A stretch of DNA of 63,403 bases, the filler included, from Reticulomyxa filosa (taxonomy: Eukaryota; Protista; Foraminifera), in NCBI GenBank assembly GCA_000512085.1. It is 19 parts of 19 records of this genome, joined end to end, with 100 filler letters (N's around TTAATTAATTAA, not from the genome) between each part and the next. Parts side by side here need not be neighbours in the genome. Positions count along the whole stretch, not along the records: positions 62,160 to 63,403 come from ASPP01011382.1; 18 more parts are not named here. One strand, 5' to 3'. Positions 62,198 through 63,403 of this stretch are shown piece by piece. Positions within the stretch are counted from its first letter, which is position 1. Each line of letters starts with the position of its first letter. The notes below the pieces were generated by a model, which made no database searches, was not told the origin of the DNA, and saw nothing but the letters and a program-made list of their open reading frames with translations. Position numbers and translations under genes: made by a program.

Positions 62198-63403
62198 ATA
62201 CCCGCGAAAATACAACACCAGCTCCCAAAAATGGTCCGAGCATAGGTTTGTTCTTATGTGTTTCAGGGAATGTAATTTCTCCAGCGGCTTCGTGCTTAAC
62301 CATGCCAGACCCCAATATTTTCGTGTCACAAATGATTGGCGCAGTGTCTACTTTGCTGTTGCCGTCTTCGTCCATGCTCAGCGTCACTTCACTGGGATAT
62401 GTGGTCAAAATCGCATATTCATTTTTCAGAGACTCCCATTGCTTAATGGCCGCCTCGTCCCAATCGCGAATGAAACTCATGTGAGCGTCCACTTGAACTG
62501 CGAAATATTCTTGCTCGTACAACGAGTCTGCGTAATGTCGACCAAAGGTTGGTCCGGCGGCTTTGTGTGCATCAATTTTCATTATTCGAATCTTTTTCCC
62601 AAGTTTTTGTGTGTGTGTATATATAATTTTTCCATATTTAATGTATTGAATACAACACACAAAAATAAGACAGAGAGATATCACAAAACATGATCTTTCC
62701 ATTTACAAAAGATTTGGGTTGGATCCACATCGCAAGGCTGTTCCGGAACGACACACTCTGGATCTTCGTCCAAGTTTTGTTGAACCACTCCGACAAAAAT
62801 GCGCTCTGGATATTTGGCTCTGCTGAACGCAGTGAACACGCTGTTCTGACACATGTCATCTCGATACGATGCCACTCCGACATAGATGGTCGGCAGGCCA
62901 TTCACTTTGGAGCCAATTTGCTCGTAACGAGTCACCGTCTCCACAAAGGGATCCGGTGGAGATGTCACTGTCGAATCTGTCAACATTTGTTTCATTCCAT
63001 TTATTTGACAAGTCCTTCACAAGGAGATTACATATGTCGAATGTGTGCATATTATACATATATATATATATATATATATATATGTGTATGTGTTTGTGTA
63101 CATTACCTCCACAAACTTTGAGAAACGAATATTCGTCATTGTCACTGACGACCACGGGCGCAACGGCACGCAATTCAAAAGACTGGCGAAGTCCGGGTAC
63201 TCGGGTGATCCCGACACAATCCTTCATTTTCAAGCACGCTTCTTTGGCGTCTTCGTAATAGTAAAATCGCTTGCACTCGTCGCTCGCACACGTTTCCAAA
63301 TACCCTTTATGAGGTCCTGTGAACACACACTGCGATGAAAGTGGTTTATTCTTCGCAATATGTTGGAACCGAAAGGGTTTGAATTCCGGGTTTTTAAAAA
63401 CCC
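62160..63403 (-). CDS. GT60 family N-acetylglucosaminyltransferase (Gnt1/Gnt2-like), partial, multi-exon
   Basis: TIYVGVASYRD, AKYPERIFVGVVQQN, AAGPTFGR, QVDAHMSFIRDWD, AILTTYP and FLGAGVVFS. Confidence 0.92.

Noticed and set aside
63057-63083. (TA)n, (TG)n and (TTG)n microsatellites throughout the window
   Set aside because: Ordinary intronic or low-complexity simple repeats.
63388-63403. Perfect 16-bp palindrome GGGTTTTTAAAAACCC at the window end
   Set aside because: It lies in the open GT60 frame (VFKNPEF) and is a single low-complexity occurrence, not a telomere array.

Overview
The window is not one locus. It is 19 short contigs joined by 18 identical artificial 100-nt spacers (N44-TTAATTAATTAA-N44), so adjacency across a spacer means nothing. 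Eighteen contigs look like an AT-rich, intron-containing protist nuclear genome. The TRAF-zinc-finger/WD40 family, NACHT gene, abundant decayed paralogues and A/T-tract introns fit a foraminiferan such as Reticulomyxa filosa (inference from gene-family style, not a database match). Recognisable genes: sulfotransferase-like protein, two 7TM receptor-like proteins, GH47 mannosidase, NACHT NTPase, TRAF-WD40 protein, DCAF13/Sof1, a large coiled-coil protein, STPG1-like protein, histidine phosphatase, CLK/LAMMER-type kinase, FAD-linked oxidase, CCDC61/SAS-6-like head protein and a GT60 GlcNAc transferase. There are also pseudogenes (MCM3, M1 aminopeptidase, WD40, VWA), decayed LINE fragments and a MITE. 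One contig (14662-16140) is bacterial, with a CCA-encoded tRNA-Met, Shine-Dalgarno-led ORFs and an IS transposase start at each end; it probably comes from an alphaproteobacterial symbiont or co-cultured bacterium. The most unexplained structure is a hairpin-bearing micro-exon motif (CTCC-GAAA-GGAG, always 8 nt before a GT donor) found 5 times in 3 contigs, behind apparently unrelated decayed gene fragments.
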